64,000 nucleotides of DNA from Eledone cirrhosa (taxonomy: Eukaryota). The stretch lies in contig OZ024750.1 of the NCBI GenBank assembly GCA_964016885.1, positions 4,092,001 to 4,156,000 of the forward strand. Reading direction: 5' to 3'. The notes beneath the pieces are model-generated. The model made no database searches, was not told where the DNA came from, and saw only the letters and a list, made by a program, of their open reading frames with translations. Shown piece after piece: positions 63,983 through 64,000 of the stretch (within the stretch, counting starts at the first letter, position 1; each line of letters begins with the position of its first letter). The position numbers and the translations under genes were made by a program.

Positions 63983-64000
63983 ATACTCATCTTTTTCCAT

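Overview
AT-rich, repeat-dense eukaryotic DNA. The SINE, RTE-tail and TTAA-MITE repertoire looks like an octopod cephalopod genome (inference from remembered repeat families). The only credible protein-coding gene is a NELL1/NELL2-like secreted protein on the minus strand. I traced ten GT-AG exons by hand (48188 down to 1164; 1224 nt, reading frame continuous). They encode a TSPN/laminin-G domain, a CxxC plus coiled coil, two VWC modules and the first EGF module. The signal-peptide exon and the 3' exons were not found in the window. The rest is intron, filled with tRNA-derived SINEs, RTE and CR1 LINE fragments, piggyBac-, mariner- and hAT-type MITEs, and mini- and microsatellites; most ORFs in the supplied track are repeat artefacts. 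The most notable non-coding signals are: (1) a perfect 231-bp inverted repeat (46324-46554 / 47070-47300) whose arms each carry a complete type I minimal hammerhead ribozyme motif, as in Penelope-like elements; (2) short hairpin-forming cassettes strung inside (TA)n microsatellites, one family showing mirrored substitutions in both arms; (3) an identical head-to-head pair of tRNA-like elements at the window end; (4) three separate 47/48-bp minisatellites amplified from the same SINE segment, one with a 540-bp higher-order period. No databases were searched, so novelty is unverified.
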